From assembly GCF_006345805.1 (NCBI RefSeq), contig NC_043003.1, positions 108,748,001-108,812,000 of the forward strand: DNA of 64,000 nucleotides, given 5' to 3'. Below the pieces are notes generated by a model. That model did not search any database and was not told where the DNA came from. It saw only the letters and a list, made by a program, of their open reading frames with translations. This document shows, in pieces, positions 39,972 to 51,922 of this stretch. The stretch is from Octopus sinensis. Lineage: Eukaryota. Within the stretch, counting starts at the first letter, position 1. The number at the start of each line of letters is the position of its first letter. A program made the translations under genes and the position numbers.

Positions 39972-40613
39972 CCCTTTAGCATTCACATTTTTCCAATGCC
40001 TCCACCCCTCTCAAAATTCCTTGTCTGCAAGTTATTTGGTGACCCTACCAGTGCTGGTGCCATGTAAAAAGCATCCAGTCCACAGTGTGAAGTGGCTGGC
40101 ATTTGGAAGGGCATCCAGCCATAAAAAACAAGCCAAAACAAATACAGTAGCGTAGGGTAGTCTTCTACCTGGGTAGCTCCTGTCAAGTCATCCCACCCAT
40201 GCCAGGATGGAAGGCAGATTGAAATGATTATCAAGTCATAAGCCTAGGGTAGTCTTCTACCTGGCTAGCTCCTGTCAAGTCATCCCACCCATGCCAGGGT
40301 GGAAGGCAGATTGAAATGATTATCAAGTCATAAGCCTAGGGTAGTCTTCTACCTGGCTAGCTCCTGTCAAGTCATCCCACCCATGCCAGGGTGGAAGGCA
40401 GATTGAAATGATTATCAAGTCATAAGCAATAATACTTTTTCACATTGTTTTCAATTAATCATGCATTATATTGTAGCTTTGAGATCTCAATAACCTGTCT
40501 GTTTATTTCTAGAATGACATTGTAGGTTAGGTGTGTGAGGTCAGATGTGGCTGATCTGAATATAATACGGAAAGACATTTTGGCCAGATATAACAGACTT
40601 AAACACTAAAGGG
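39972..40613. mobile_element. TTAA MITE interrupted by an RTE-tail element whose 3' end is triplicated
   Basis: ccctttagcattca at 39972 and ctaaaggg|ttaa at 40613; MITE body resumes at ~40430. Confidence 0.75.
40153..40427. repeat. Near-perfect tandem triplication, 92-bp unit
   Basis: tagggtagtcttctacctgg...attatcaagtcataagc starts at 40153, 40245, 40337. Confidence 0.95.
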
Positions 40614-43600
40614 TTAAGGAATGTGGTCTTAAAATTCTAAGACTTAGAAAAGAAAAAAATTATGGTTTTCATTTCAAAGATATCCAAAGAGTTTGAAGAG
40701 TAACCAGCTATAAAAACCATGTGAAAAATGAGAAACTCAAGCAAGACATGGTTCTCCAACTGATCGGAACTAGCTGAACTGTCCAATCCATACTGGTATG
40801 GAAGGCTGAAGTATGATGATACAATATTTACAAAAGAAACAAAATATCAGTGTTTATGCTTTCTTCGGAGAAACAATTATCAAGTAGAATATCAACTTTG
40901 TCCTCCTTTCATTTGAGGTAGGTAAATAGAGTACCAGCCCAGCAATGAGGCTGACTCCTCTCTTTCTCCTCTCTACTTTTCCTTTCTGTCACTCCTATAC
41001 ATAGAGGGGTGAACACTGCCAGATTTAAAGTACCCAGGACACTGAGGAAAACAAATGAGGTCAGATACCTGATTCACCAGGTGTTAATCATTGTTACTCA
41101 ACAGCTTTATCTTCTTTATCAGTAAAATGTTGAAAAGTGAACAAATATTTCAAACATTACACATAGCAATAACTCCTCGACAATCACAAACCTCAAGAAT
41201 CCACTAAAACAAAAACTATCCCAGAGTTACGTAACACACTTAATAATTTCCAATAAATTGATCATTCAGTACACTAGGTTTAGTATACTGTCCCCATGCA
41301 GTCTGCACATATTCTAAGCTAAGCTTTGGGGCACTGAACTCATTCATAGAATTGTAAGGGTGTCGCCATAATACATGATATGCCTCAGCTACTTTTTAGA
41401 CTTGGCAGAACTCATCCTTCTGATTACAATTCATCTCTTCCCGAATGAGCAAAACGAGAGAGATGAGTCAGCCTCGTTACTAGACTTGTAATCTATTTAC
41501 TGATCCCAAGAAGTAGGACAAAGTTTATCTCAGCAGGATTTGAACTCAGGATGCAGAGAAGCAGAATAATTACCCCTAAACAACCCATCCATCAACTTAA
41601 TGACTCGGCCAGTTGGCTGCCTTAGCTTGCACATACACATTCCTCTATATAATTAAACAAAGACCAAAACACTCTTAAATACATTTCCAACTATTAATAT
41701 TCATTTCTCCAAACAAACCAACATACATTAACAAACCAAAATGAGACCTCTAAAGTCCTTACTTTAACAGAAATAGCTAAATCTCCCTTTATTCAAATCC
41801 TATTGTCTAAAGCAGAGACATGTTCACACCTGAGATATTAACAGTCGAAGCCCCTACACTGGAGCAAGACATGGTTCCCCAACTGATTGGAACCAATTAA
41901 ACTGTCCAACCTGTGCTAGCATTGTAGTCATCTATATACAAAAAGAATGATCACAGCTGGAATGCCTTCAGTCATAAGTCTACATGACAGGACCTGGCCT
42001 AGGGCTAAACAACAACAACAACAGTAGCAGCAGCATACTCTTTATTTTTGCAATATTTTAAGAGTAAGTTCAAGAATATAATTGGATTCTGCAGAAATCT
42101 TTCAACGCTTATACAGTCAGTACAAAATCACCTTTGCCTAAGAATAACAACAGCTCTTAACCCCTGCAATGCACTGGTTTCCAACCATTTAAAAAAAGAA
42201 TTTTTATTAAATAATTGCACTCCTGCAAATCATAATATTACAAAGTAATAACTTTTAATTTTCTTTTAAAACTTGTAAGACTATTTTTCTATTTCATATA
42301 TGTTTGAAATCTACAGGAAATTTTAAATCTTGACAATTTTGCAACTAGATTATTTTTGGCAGCTCCACAGGGTTTCATAGCACTTCATTTGAAACAGAAA
42401 GTTGGCCTCGAGTTCAACTCTGAAGTCACCACCAACAACACCCTTTACTTTACCAGCAGCAAACTCCAGTTGGAGTCAGCTGCAACTGAATTTCTTTTCT
42501 GATCACACACACACACATATATATATATACATGAATGTGTGTGTACACACAAACATATATACATACATACACACACAATACATATAAGCATACACAAGCC
42601 TACCTTCCTTATATAAATATGTGCATACACATACTCATACATACATATCTCTGTATACATACATGCATATATACACACACACAAATACACACAATTATAT
42701 ATACATATACATATATATTATATGCACATATATGTTACACGTTTTATATGAGTTAACTTTATCAATTTCGATATGTAACAAAACTTACCCAGAAAATAAA
42801 GAGTCAAAGAAGAAAACCATTGTAAAAGGTTGCAGCAAGGAAAGAGACTTGAAAGTATCAATTCATCCGTTGATCACATGATTTCATAGTTTGGCAAGTT
42901 CTATGAAGCAGCTACTAAAATCACTTCCAGACATTGTGGACATGAAAGGGATTAGATGCAGTGCCATGAAAGATTTTACACACACACACACACACACTGA
43001 CAGAGCCTTATTATCAAACCAGTAAGTACTTCAGCAATATCTAACAGAAAAAGTGGCCCTGGGTGAACAGAAATCTATAAGTTTACATCAAAAACATTTC
43101 AACTCAATCATTTGGCAGAGTTGTAAATGACAATGCGAAAAAGGACGACAAAAGTCTATATAAAATGCAGTCAAATATCTAATATCTACTATAAATAATC
43201 ATTAAAGCAGATTTAGACAAATACATTTCTAAAATAGTGACAACTATTTTACATAAAATGCTAGAAAAACCTAATGAAAAACCATCAACCTCTCTCCTTC
43301 CCAACATCCTTAATTCACAAGAGTTTCTACCTTTAATGTAACAATTTCCTGAGTGGATTTATAAAAATCAGTAACTATTTTGAATTGGTTTTGGTTTGAA
43401 ATATTTTTTGTGGTTAAGAATTTTCCTTTTGAACCATGTGAATTTGGGTTCAGTCCTACTGTGTGGCACTTTTGGTGTCTTCTACTTTAGCCCCAAACTG
43501 AACAAAGCCCACCAGGTATATGCGTGTACGTATATATATGTGTGTGAGTGTGTTAATTACTTGTAGGGACACCGTATCATGCAACCATAATACTTGTTTA

Positions 43601-44144
43601 ATATGTAAAATGGTATATCCAATAGTGTTACACTGTTATATTTAGTAGATATTGAAGCAATCGACTCATGGGTGGGTTATTGGGCTGGATGTGGTACTGA
43701 AGAAGAGGCATACGGCCATTTACTATTCAGATATGAAACATCATGACAAATCAGTGTTGGTTATAGTTTCTATAGAAAATTCTGTAGAAATAACCTTAAA
43801 AAAAAAATGTATGTGTGCATGTGAGTATATGTTTGTGTATGAATGTAGCATTGTCTAGACATCACATGATGGTAGTAAATGAGCATCATCATCATCATCA
43901 TTGTCGTCATACAAGTGAGGTTGTTTATTTCCTATCTTCCATGAAAATCATGTCGAGTATGGGAGATGCTACCTTGCCTGGAAGCAAATGAGGATTGGTG
44001 ACCAGAAGAGCCTCTGCAGATAGAATGTCTGCCTCACAATAAAGACGATACAACTATTGGTAAATGATGATCACAATTATGAGACATACATGCGTCTGTA
44101 CCGCCTTGTCTTGGTATTGCGTGATGGTTGTAAAATGTTGTGTG

Positions 44145-44515
44145 TGTGTGATAAGACTTGCTTCCCAACCACATGGTTCTAGGTTCAGTCCCACTGCATG
44201 GTACCTTGCACAAGTGTCTTCTACTGTAGCCTTGACCCAACCAAAGCCTTGTGAGTGGATTTGGTAGGTGGAAACTGAAAGAAGAATGTTGTGTGTATAT
44301 GTCTGTGTGTCTGTATGTTCCCACCACCACTTGACAACTGGTGTTGGTGTGTTTATGTTCCCACATCTTAGCAGGTAGGCAAAAAGAGACCAATAGAATA
44401 AGTACAAGGCTTTAAAAAGATGTCATGGAGTCAATTAGTTTGACTAAAACCGTTGAAGATGGTGCTCCAGCATGGCTGCAGTCAAATGACTGAACCAAGT
44501 GAAAGAATAAAAGAA
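44145..44515 (+). mobile_element. Family A SINE
   Basis: cttcccaaccacatggttctaggttcagtcccactgc...cagcatggctgcagtcaaatgactgaa. Confidence 0.85.
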
Positions 44516-45340
44516 TGCAAGTGGGGTCATATTTTCCAACCCCCTATCAAAGAAAATAAGTCCAGTCATAGAGGATTGTTTACATTGCTTGGAAGCAAGT
44601 GACAGATGGCAATTAGGTGTCTAGCTATATAAACTACTTCAATGGATCCCATTGGACTCCTGAAAGCATGGAGAAGTGGAAGTTAAAACGATGAGGACAA
44701 TGAATGCTTGAAATATTTATAGAAATGTTTTAAAACTCAAATTCAAATTCTATTGATATGCTGCTGAGATATAATGGTTTATATGGCAAAGTGATAACTG
44801 GAAGGTTAAAGTGGACCATTAACATATTGATTTGTGGTTTACAGAAGAGAACACAAGAATTTCACTGCTACTGTGTATTTAACAAGCTCCATGCCCTGGT
44901 ACAGCAGTTAATAGTAGCCATGTTACCTAACTGGTAAAGACATGCAATAAAACAGACTGAAAAACGATATGATTTTATAGAAGAGCAGACAAAATTTATT
45001 GCTGCCGATATAATCAATGCTTTTAATGTTAAAATGAGATTTCCCCAGTCTTAATACTATTGTACTGTTTCAATGCTAATATAAACCATGAAACCTGGCT
45101 TCTTGTAATTTAAGTTACATTAAGTTGCCTACTCTGTCGATAACACACACAAACACATACATAGTGGGCTTCTTTCAGTTTCCATCTACCGAATCTACAA
45201 ACAAGATTTGATCAGCCTTGGGCTATAGTAGAAGACACTTGCCCAAGGTGCTATACAGTGGGACAACCCAGAAGCATGTGAACTTTTTGTCAAGGTAGAT
45301 TAACACTGATTTATAGATTCTAGTAATTTAATTATATATC

Positions 45341-45425
45341 ACTTACCTGAGAATAAAATGAGAAGACAGAAAGAAATAAATGCAGGTAAGAGGGGGGTGA
45401 GAAAGAGATTATTTTTGTATCGAAG
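45341..45425 (-). promoter_or_regulatory. Candidate recursive splice site (3'SS abutting 5'SS, CAG|GTAAGT)
   Basis: Minus strand reads ctcttacctgcatttatttctttctgtcttctcattttattctcag|gtaagt. No other AG occurs in the ~77 nt upstream. Confidence 0.55.
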
Positions 45426-45999
45426 CTTTACAGAAATATAGAAAATATAAGCAACAATTCAAATTCATGTAAAATCAAAACTGTGTAAAAAGTAACAAAA
45501 TAAAAGAAACTAAAAGTTCAATTCGAAAACTAATTTCAAGTGCTATTGCATTGGTTAATTCTCTTTTTTAATATTAATATTACTATCTACAGCAGCCACG
45601 ATAAAAAGGCAAAAACGTGTGCACACACTTTGCACACTAGAAGATTGAGATAGAGAGAATAATAAATCAAGTATTAAAAGCAATTAGTGAGAGAAAAAGA
45701 GAGAAAATGATAAATAAAATTTCTAAATTAAGATGCAAAAGACTGCAGTAAGTAATTTTATAAGCCAGAATGTGTTATGATAAAAAAAATTAAAATAAAA
45801 AGAAAAAAAAAAGAGAAAAGTCATTAATAAGTGCAGATAAGAAAAAGGAGAAAGATGATGTGGAGCAGGATAAAAACTGCACCGCAACTATGGACAGTCA
45901 CCATCTACAAATAATAAAGCAGTCTTTGAGAGGTTTATTTGGAAGCAGAGAAGAGCAGCCTCGACAGCGAGCGAGCGGTCAAATCCAATGTGTACTCAC

Positions 46000-46181
46000 A
46001 TGCAGGAATCCAACAGATGTGAGCTCATTTTAGAATCATCCGGTGAGTCCTCGAGGACATCACTATGAATAGAGGAGACAGCTCCGGGAGAATCATGTAA
46101 TGCTGGACTACGCCAGTTGTGGGAGTCTCCATTAACATTAGGGGCGCTAGTCATGGTTGGGGTGTCACTATTTAACCTACA
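46000..46181 (-). CDS. Internal coding exon of an unidentified minus-strand host gene (Ser/Asp/Pro-rich peptide (CR)LNSDTPTMTSAPNVNGDSHNWRSPALHDSPGAVSSIHSDVLEDSPDDSKMSSHLLDSCM)
   Basis: Unique, higher-GC sequence. Acceptor ctgtttttgtttcag| at 46182; alternative tag| gives a 177-nt phase 2-2 exon 46000-46176. Donor CAT|gtgagt at 45999. Only one frame is open and the exon ends in phase 2. Confidence 0.75.
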
Positions 46182-46370
46182 CTGAAACAAAAACAGTGAA
46201 GATAACAACATGGTTAGTTCATTTGGCACCATGCATAAGCGTCATGCATGTTAAAAGTTCTAGATGTGAGTATATATATATATATAAAATAAATATAAAC
46301 AACTAAGCGCAATGTGATACCATAAAGGAAAAATTCAATCAACACCAAGTGTGACCAAGGGTGCCGATGC

Positions 46371-46606
46371 ACCTACATTGCTAGAAATAAGAGTTAAAAT
46401 ACTCTTAATGTTACAGGAAGAGTGCATATGTATGGGAGGCAACCGCCCCATGCCAACTTGAAAATCCTGAAGGTAAGGACTGCTCAAACAGCACATGTAG
46501 GATATTTGAGTCACCATGGGGTGGTTGCCTCCTCTGTCAGCATGTATGCATATGCATTCTTCCTACAGAATTGAATATTTTAACTCTTATTTCTAGCAAT
46601 GTAGGT
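46371..46606. repeat. 236-bp inverted repeat with a perfect 31-bp outer stem (probable MITE)
   Basis: acctacattgctagaaataagagttaaaata / tattttaactcttatttctagcaatgtaggt. The ORF track shows ILTLISSNVG on both strands. Confidence 0.9.
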
Positions 46607-46955
46607 TCACAGTCACAGTTAGTGATGATTATATATATACATATATATATAAAAATTAAGCAGAAAATGAAGAAAATTCTTGATCAACAAACAAACTGGC
46701 TACCATTGATTACTATTTTTTTAATACAAAACTTTATGGAAGTCAATTTATTTGTTGATCAAGAATTTTCTCCATTTTCCGCTTAATTTAAATTTGTATC
46801 TTGATAAACTTGTTTATTTTGTTATTGCCTTTATCCTATAAGCATAGTGTGCTTGCATATGCATGCCCAGGGTTAACATAGGTAATTTATACTGGTAGTA
46901 AAAGCAGATATTCTTATCCCTTAGACAGTTATTCCAACTGCTAACTCTACTAACC

Positions 46956-46986
<31 letters not shown>

Positions 46987-47506
46987 GTGTGTGTACATAT
47001 GTGAATATATATGTGTATGTATGCATATTCAAATAAAGGTTAAGTATTTAAGATGATTATTTGTATGGTGACACCACATAATGGCTTGGGTTTCATTAGC
47101 TACTGCTACAGACAACAGGAAGAGGTTGCTGTTATTCCTACCCCAACTTCTGACCCAGCAACTGAGAAAACATAGAGGCTCTATAATTCTTACATCTGAC
47201 AACTTTGAAACACCAACATTAAATTCTATATTCAATAAAATATTCCCAAAATAATGATAGCAACCACCAGTTTTTACACAAATTCGACAATGAGATTTTT
47301 ATTGATGGTTCAAGCTTTTCATTAGAAAATTAAATAGGGAAATGGTTTCAACAAATAATTAAAGTGTGAACATCACCTACTGTTATGTTCCTACTGACAA
47401 GGTTTTTGATTAAGAATGGTTATTAATGATATAATAAAAGATAGGATACAAGATATGACATCCATTATACTTTCAAAGGCCTCGAAGCAAATGCTGTGAA
47501 ATCCTC

Positions 47507-47850
47507 TATCTTTTAGCATGCTTCAGTCGTTGGACTGTGGCTGCACTGGGCATCACCTTGAAGGGTTTAAATGAACAAATACTTATTCTATTAGTTGCTT
47601 TTGTCAAACTACTAAGATATGGTGACATAACAAACCAACACTGGTTGCCAAGTGGTAGTGGGAACAAATACAAATGCAGATACACACACAAACACACAAA
47701 CACACACTTGAGCTTTCAGTTTCCATTTATGAAATCCACTTACAAGGCTTTGGTTGGCCCAGGGGTTTAGTAAAAGACACCCAAGGTGCCAAGAAGTGGA
47801 ACTGAACCCAAAACTGTGTTTGGGAACCAAGCTTCTTACCACACAGCCAT
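47507..47850 (-). mobile_element. Family A SINE
   Basis: Reverse-complement match to family A head and tail. Confidence 0.8.
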
Positions 47851-50223
47851 AGAATCAAAATCTGGACACCAAAAAAACAAAATAGCTATATGGTGATCAA
47901 ATAATATCAATAACAATAATATTTCAGTTTGCTTCCAGTCTAATTCAAAAATATTTAAAAAGTTGAAGAGCTACTTGTCAGCAAAAATCATTAATGTTAT
48001 TATTATTATTATTATTCTTTAGTCAGTTTAAGGCAGCAAGCTAGCAGAAACTTTAGCATGCTGGATAAAATTCTTAGAGGCATTTCTTCTGGCTTAGATT
48101 CTGAGTCCAAATTCTATCACAGTTGACCCTGTTTTTCATCCTTTCGGGATTGATAAAATAAGTACTAGTTGAGAACTGGTGTTGATATAATTAATAAGCA
48201 CCCCCTCCCACAAAATTTCAGGCCTTGTGGATTTAATAGAAAGAATAATTTAGTATAAATCTTGACCTGTCTAGTAAAAAAAAAAACCCCAAAAAAACCA
48301 ATATCATTATTTCCCCTTTTTAATCTGATGTCATTTCTTCTCAAATGTATCCTGGATGACCTCATTTCTACTATAGCACTTTTCACCACCAATTTTAAAA
48401 TTGATGTTGTTTTGCACCATGTCAACCTTGACTGAGCAGGCCTAGGATGAAAAACATTCAATCCATCATCACATTGAGTTTTATACTGAGTTTTTACAAA
48501 TCTGAGTACTTTTCCTTGAATTATACATCTTCTTCCTTCTTTTGATACCATGTCTTTATTGAAACATACTACCCTTGTTTCAATTAATTTTGAAAATAAT
48601 GAACAATTTAGTAGATTAAGTTTGTTTTTATTAACTCTTTGCCTCTCCAAAATATTTTCATAAATTTGTCTCAAGTACCCTTGGTTATTGTCAAACTTTT
48701 AGTTAGCCCTTGTTTCATACATTCTGAGCAATATAAAACATAACAGATTCCTGTCATAAATCAGAAGTTACTCCAGGGTTGAAAAAAAATTGGTTTGTGT
48801 ATTATATATGATGCATGGAGACCAGAGAAGTATGTTCTCTGTATCACACATGAAACACAAGACTGGCAAAGAGTTAAGATCTAGTTTGGAATATAAATCC
48901 ACATGAAATTTTGATAAAAGGTTTTAATTCAAATGACTTTAAAAGAAGGTCATTTGTATCAAAGTACTAGGAGGTCAATTTCAGGCAAGTTGGTATCAAA
49001 AGGCTTAAGATGGTAGAGGATCATCTCAAGGGCATTTAGCTACTATCATAAGCAGATCAAAAGACTGTGTAGAGTTTCTTTGATTATATCACAAATGTAT
49101 GACAAATTCCCATTGCCCATCGTAGATGTGATAATTTGCATGTGCACGCGTGCGCACACATTACCATCATTTAACATCCACTTTTCCATGTTTGCATGAG
49201 TCGGACAAAATTTGTGGAGAAAGATTTTCTACAACCGAATGACCTTTTATTAAACCAGTTTTTCACTTATTTCTAAGCAAGGTAATATTTTCACTCCTAG
49301 CAAGATATTTTTCATGAAAGACTGGAAAGAAACAATTTTGCTTGTGTGATGATGATGATATTCATTTACAACCATCTTGCGCAGGAGTTTGTCTTCTTGT
49401 CCAGACTTTACATAATGGTTGTGAGTGTCAATCATACCAGGAGTGTCACTTGTTCCCAGTTCCAGTTGTCTGTGAGAATACTACTTCAATTTGAAACTGG
49501 TATGTCCATGACAAGAAGGACATCAGGCCATAGAAACCTATAGAAAATCTATCTCAACAAATTCCATCTGACCTAAGAGAAGCATGGAAAAGTGTACATT
49601 AAAACAATGATGTTGAGGATGATGTAAAAGGGGGAAAAAAAAAAACATTTCAAAAATTTGTTGTGTTCGAAAGCATCACTCACTTCTCAAAGAGAAAAAA
49701 GGAAAAAACTAACAAAAGCAATTTTTGTTCAATCTAAAATTCTTTGTAATCATTTCAAGATATCTCTATCCTAAACTTATGCAGCATTACAAATGCTAAA
49801 GCTGTAAATGCCATTACAGACTAATACCTGTTAGCAACAACAAGCTTCCATCTATCAGGAAATAAGAAGCTTACTGAAGAGGATATTTACACAGTATTTG
49901 TTTAAAAAAGAATTCCCAAATCTCTGCATCTCAAATGGAATTATCGCCAAACCAGCTTTTTTTTTTTTATGCAATTCGTTACAATAATAATCTAACTGTT
50001 AAAAGATTTGGTTAGAATGGATTATATGTTTGCTATAAAACAGCTTCTGTTATAAAATACTTTCAGTTAGAGAAAAGAACTACAATTGCTATTTTTATCT
50101 GCCTCAAGATAGTTGACTTGATAATGTATTAGGGCCATTAGCCGACAAGGTCAGAAGACTAGAACAAGTCTGCAACTGGCTCCTGTACTTGCCAAAAACA
50201 TTTAAATATTGGTCATTAATTAA

Positions 50224-50434
50224 CCCTTTTGTTACCATATTTCAGCTGCTATTGTGTCAATTAATTTAGAAAATAATGAAGACTTTAACAAAGTAACTCT
50301 TCAGCTATTAAGCTGATGCATGGAACACAAATTAACATGCAATTTTAATTGAAGGCATTCATTTAGATCATTTTAAACAGAAAGCTTGAATAATAGAGCC
50401 AGGGACAGTCTCAAGCAGGTTAGCTTCAAAAGGG
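50224..50434. mobile_element. piggyBac-like MITE with TTAA TSDs
   Basis: ttaa|cccttttgttacc ... caaaaggg|ttaa. Confidence 0.85.
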
Positions 50435-50641
50435 TTAATCCCACCTCCAACTCAATTTCTAATTAGCTTTTTAAAACTCCTCTGCTAATGTTTTCGAGAT
50501 GAGATTTCTAATGATATACTCTGCCTAAAATGTCAATTTTAAAGATAATTATTTGAAGGGATTAGGCAAAATAAGTTTTCCATTATTAAGTTGATATTTG
50601 GAACATAATGAATCAAATAAAATTGTGATGAGATGCCTTAA

Positions 50642-50859
50642 CCCTTTTGATATCAACCCATCCATGACCACCCTTGCTTCTATGATGCAAGTTTGTTTTT
50701 CAAGTGATCTAATTTAAAACCTTCCATCAAACTTCGATGTTATTTTATGTTCTAAGCACCAGCTTTATAATAATAAAGTTATTTTATTAAATTCTTCAAT
50801 ATTTTCAAAATTAAACTGAAATAAAGATAATGTATTTTAACAGGAACATAATAAAAGGG
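50642..50859. mobile_element. piggyBac-like MITE with TTAA TSDs, inverted relative to 50224-50434
   Basis: ttaa|cccttttgatatc ... taaaaggg|ttaa; internal sequence is the reverse complement of the neighbour. Confidence 0.85.
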
Positions 50860-51455
50860 TTAAATAAGAACAATCAAAATCAAGGTTTTTGTATCCAAAT
50901 TAGAGGAAGATCCATGGCAGTTGGCATCAAAGAGGTTGGAAATGTCAAACTATTGTCTTCTATGCAGACTGGCACCTGTTAACAAAACTTTTTTTTTTAT
51001 GGAGATGGCATCTGAATAATGATTTTAACACTTAACAGTTCCTGTCCTCAGATCTGATCTGTAACTAGAACCAAAACAAGAAACTGATCACTTGCTTCGT
51101 GTGACCCTTTAGCTGTAAAATTGACTGACAGTTGAGTTACAACAGTTGTCAAGAACTCGACTGTCAGTTATATACATTTTGAAATCTGATGATTACTACA
51201 AATGCATGAAAGCACTAATTGAACTTTAGGAACATTACAAAATACTTTTTTCATGTTAAAATACTGTAATAAAGAATGCGAAAACCAAACCATGTTTTAA
51301 CTTTATTCAATTGATATATTATTCTATACACATTCCCACAAATTTTGAAAAAATGTGTGTATGTATATATATATGTGTGACTGTGTGTGTATATGTATGT
51401 GTGCATGCATATATATACAAATGTGTGTGTGTATATATATATGTGGGTGTGTGCA

Positions 51456-51495
<40 letters not shown>

Positions 51496-51617
51496 TATAT
51501 GTATATCATCATTTAACGTCCACTGTCCATGGATTGGACATATACATGTGTATACATTTAGATGTATGTACATATATGTATGTATATATGCATATATAAT
51601 TTATATTATTATATAAC

Positions 51618-51815
51618 TGAACCATCATCACTACAAGAACTAGAGAATTTTAGCTGAAGAATGGATAAAAATTCCTTTGGAAACAATTCAAACTTTGTAC
51701 GGGGCCATACCACATAGGATTCAAGTTGTAATTACTGCCAAAGGCGGTCCTACACCATATTAAAATAAATTTGTTTGAAATTTCAAAGTGTTTCCATTAT
51801 TTTGTCTAACCCTTG
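51618..51815 (+). mobile_element. Tc1 transposon 3' fragment
   Basis: EEWIKIPLETIQTLYGAIPHRIQVVITAKGGPTPY* followed by a right-TIR-like end ...ttttgtctaacccttg|ta. Confidence 0.85.
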
Positions 51816-51867
51816 TATGTATACATATGAATATATGTATGTGTGTGTGTGTGTGTGTGTGTGTTTG

Positions 51868-51898
<31 letters not shown>

Positions 51899-51922
51899 TT
51901 ATATATATATATGTGTATATAT

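Noticed and set aside
42783-42830. Pyrimidine tract followed by TGG|GTAAGT
   Set aside because: One base away from a recursive TAG|GTAAGT site, but lacks the obligatory AG as assembled.
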